Shown here in pieces: positions 63,730 through 64,000 of a stretch of 64,000 bases of DNA. Below the pieces are notes generated by a model that saw only the letters and a list, made by a program, of their open reading frames with translations, was not told the DNA's origin and ran no database searches. Each line of letters opens with the position of its first letter. The first letter of the stretch is position 1. This DNA is from Eledone cirrhosa (Eukaryota), in assembly GCA_964016885.1 (NCBI GenBank), contig OZ024741.1, positions 217,682,001-217,746,000 of the forward strand. The letters run 5' to 3'. The position numbers and the translations under genes are program-made.

Positions 63730-64000
63730 TCATCATCATCTTTTAACATCCAATTTTCCTACTAGCAAGAGTTGGATGGGTCTACATAGACCAAAACAGT
63801 ACTGAAGCAGGGCTACAGACCTCACAGACAGCTCAGAGGTCTGTCTTGCTTGTGTAAGGTCTCATGTTCTATCGAGTGCACCAGCAAAGGAGAGGGTGCC
63901 ATGTCTTTGATGCAACTGAAGGGTCCTCACAACCCTTTGTTTCTCAACCCAATCTTTCTACAGCTGGATGCCCTTCCTATCACCAACCACTTTCCAGAGT
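63730..64000 (-). mobile_element. RTE-type 3' UTR (second tail family), runs off the window
   Basis: Similar to 19695-20010. Confidence 0.7.

Overview
Repeat-saturated, AT-rich animal DNA. The SINE/LINE repertoire and microsatellite load suggest an octopod cephalopod (inference). Only one host coding exon is well supported: an orphan-looking 278-aa protein at 4074-4910 (-) with a splice acceptor just upstream. The centrepiece is an apparently intact full-length RTE-clade LINE (~26384-31810, -). Its single 1039-aa APE-endonuclease/RT ORF carries a C4HC3 PHD finger inside the RT, and it has a hierarchical tandem-monomer 5' region, a 48-bp-repeat 3' UTR and a (TGA)n tail. Around it lie a near-identical inverted 5'-truncated copy, many 3' fragments embedded in (TA)n, modular tRNA/CORE-like SINEs that borrow its tail, and minisatellites amplified out of LINE/SINE parts. 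A second set comprises ~30 copies of another tRNA SINE plus Tx1/L1-like 3' ends with similar (ATT)n tails, stacked in (AAT)n. Also present are piggyBac-, hAT- and mariner-type MITEs, a non-autonomous Helitron and a CR1-like fragment. Almost all other ORFs in the track are translations of simple or tandem repeats. Repeat boundaries and copy numbers are estimated by eye.
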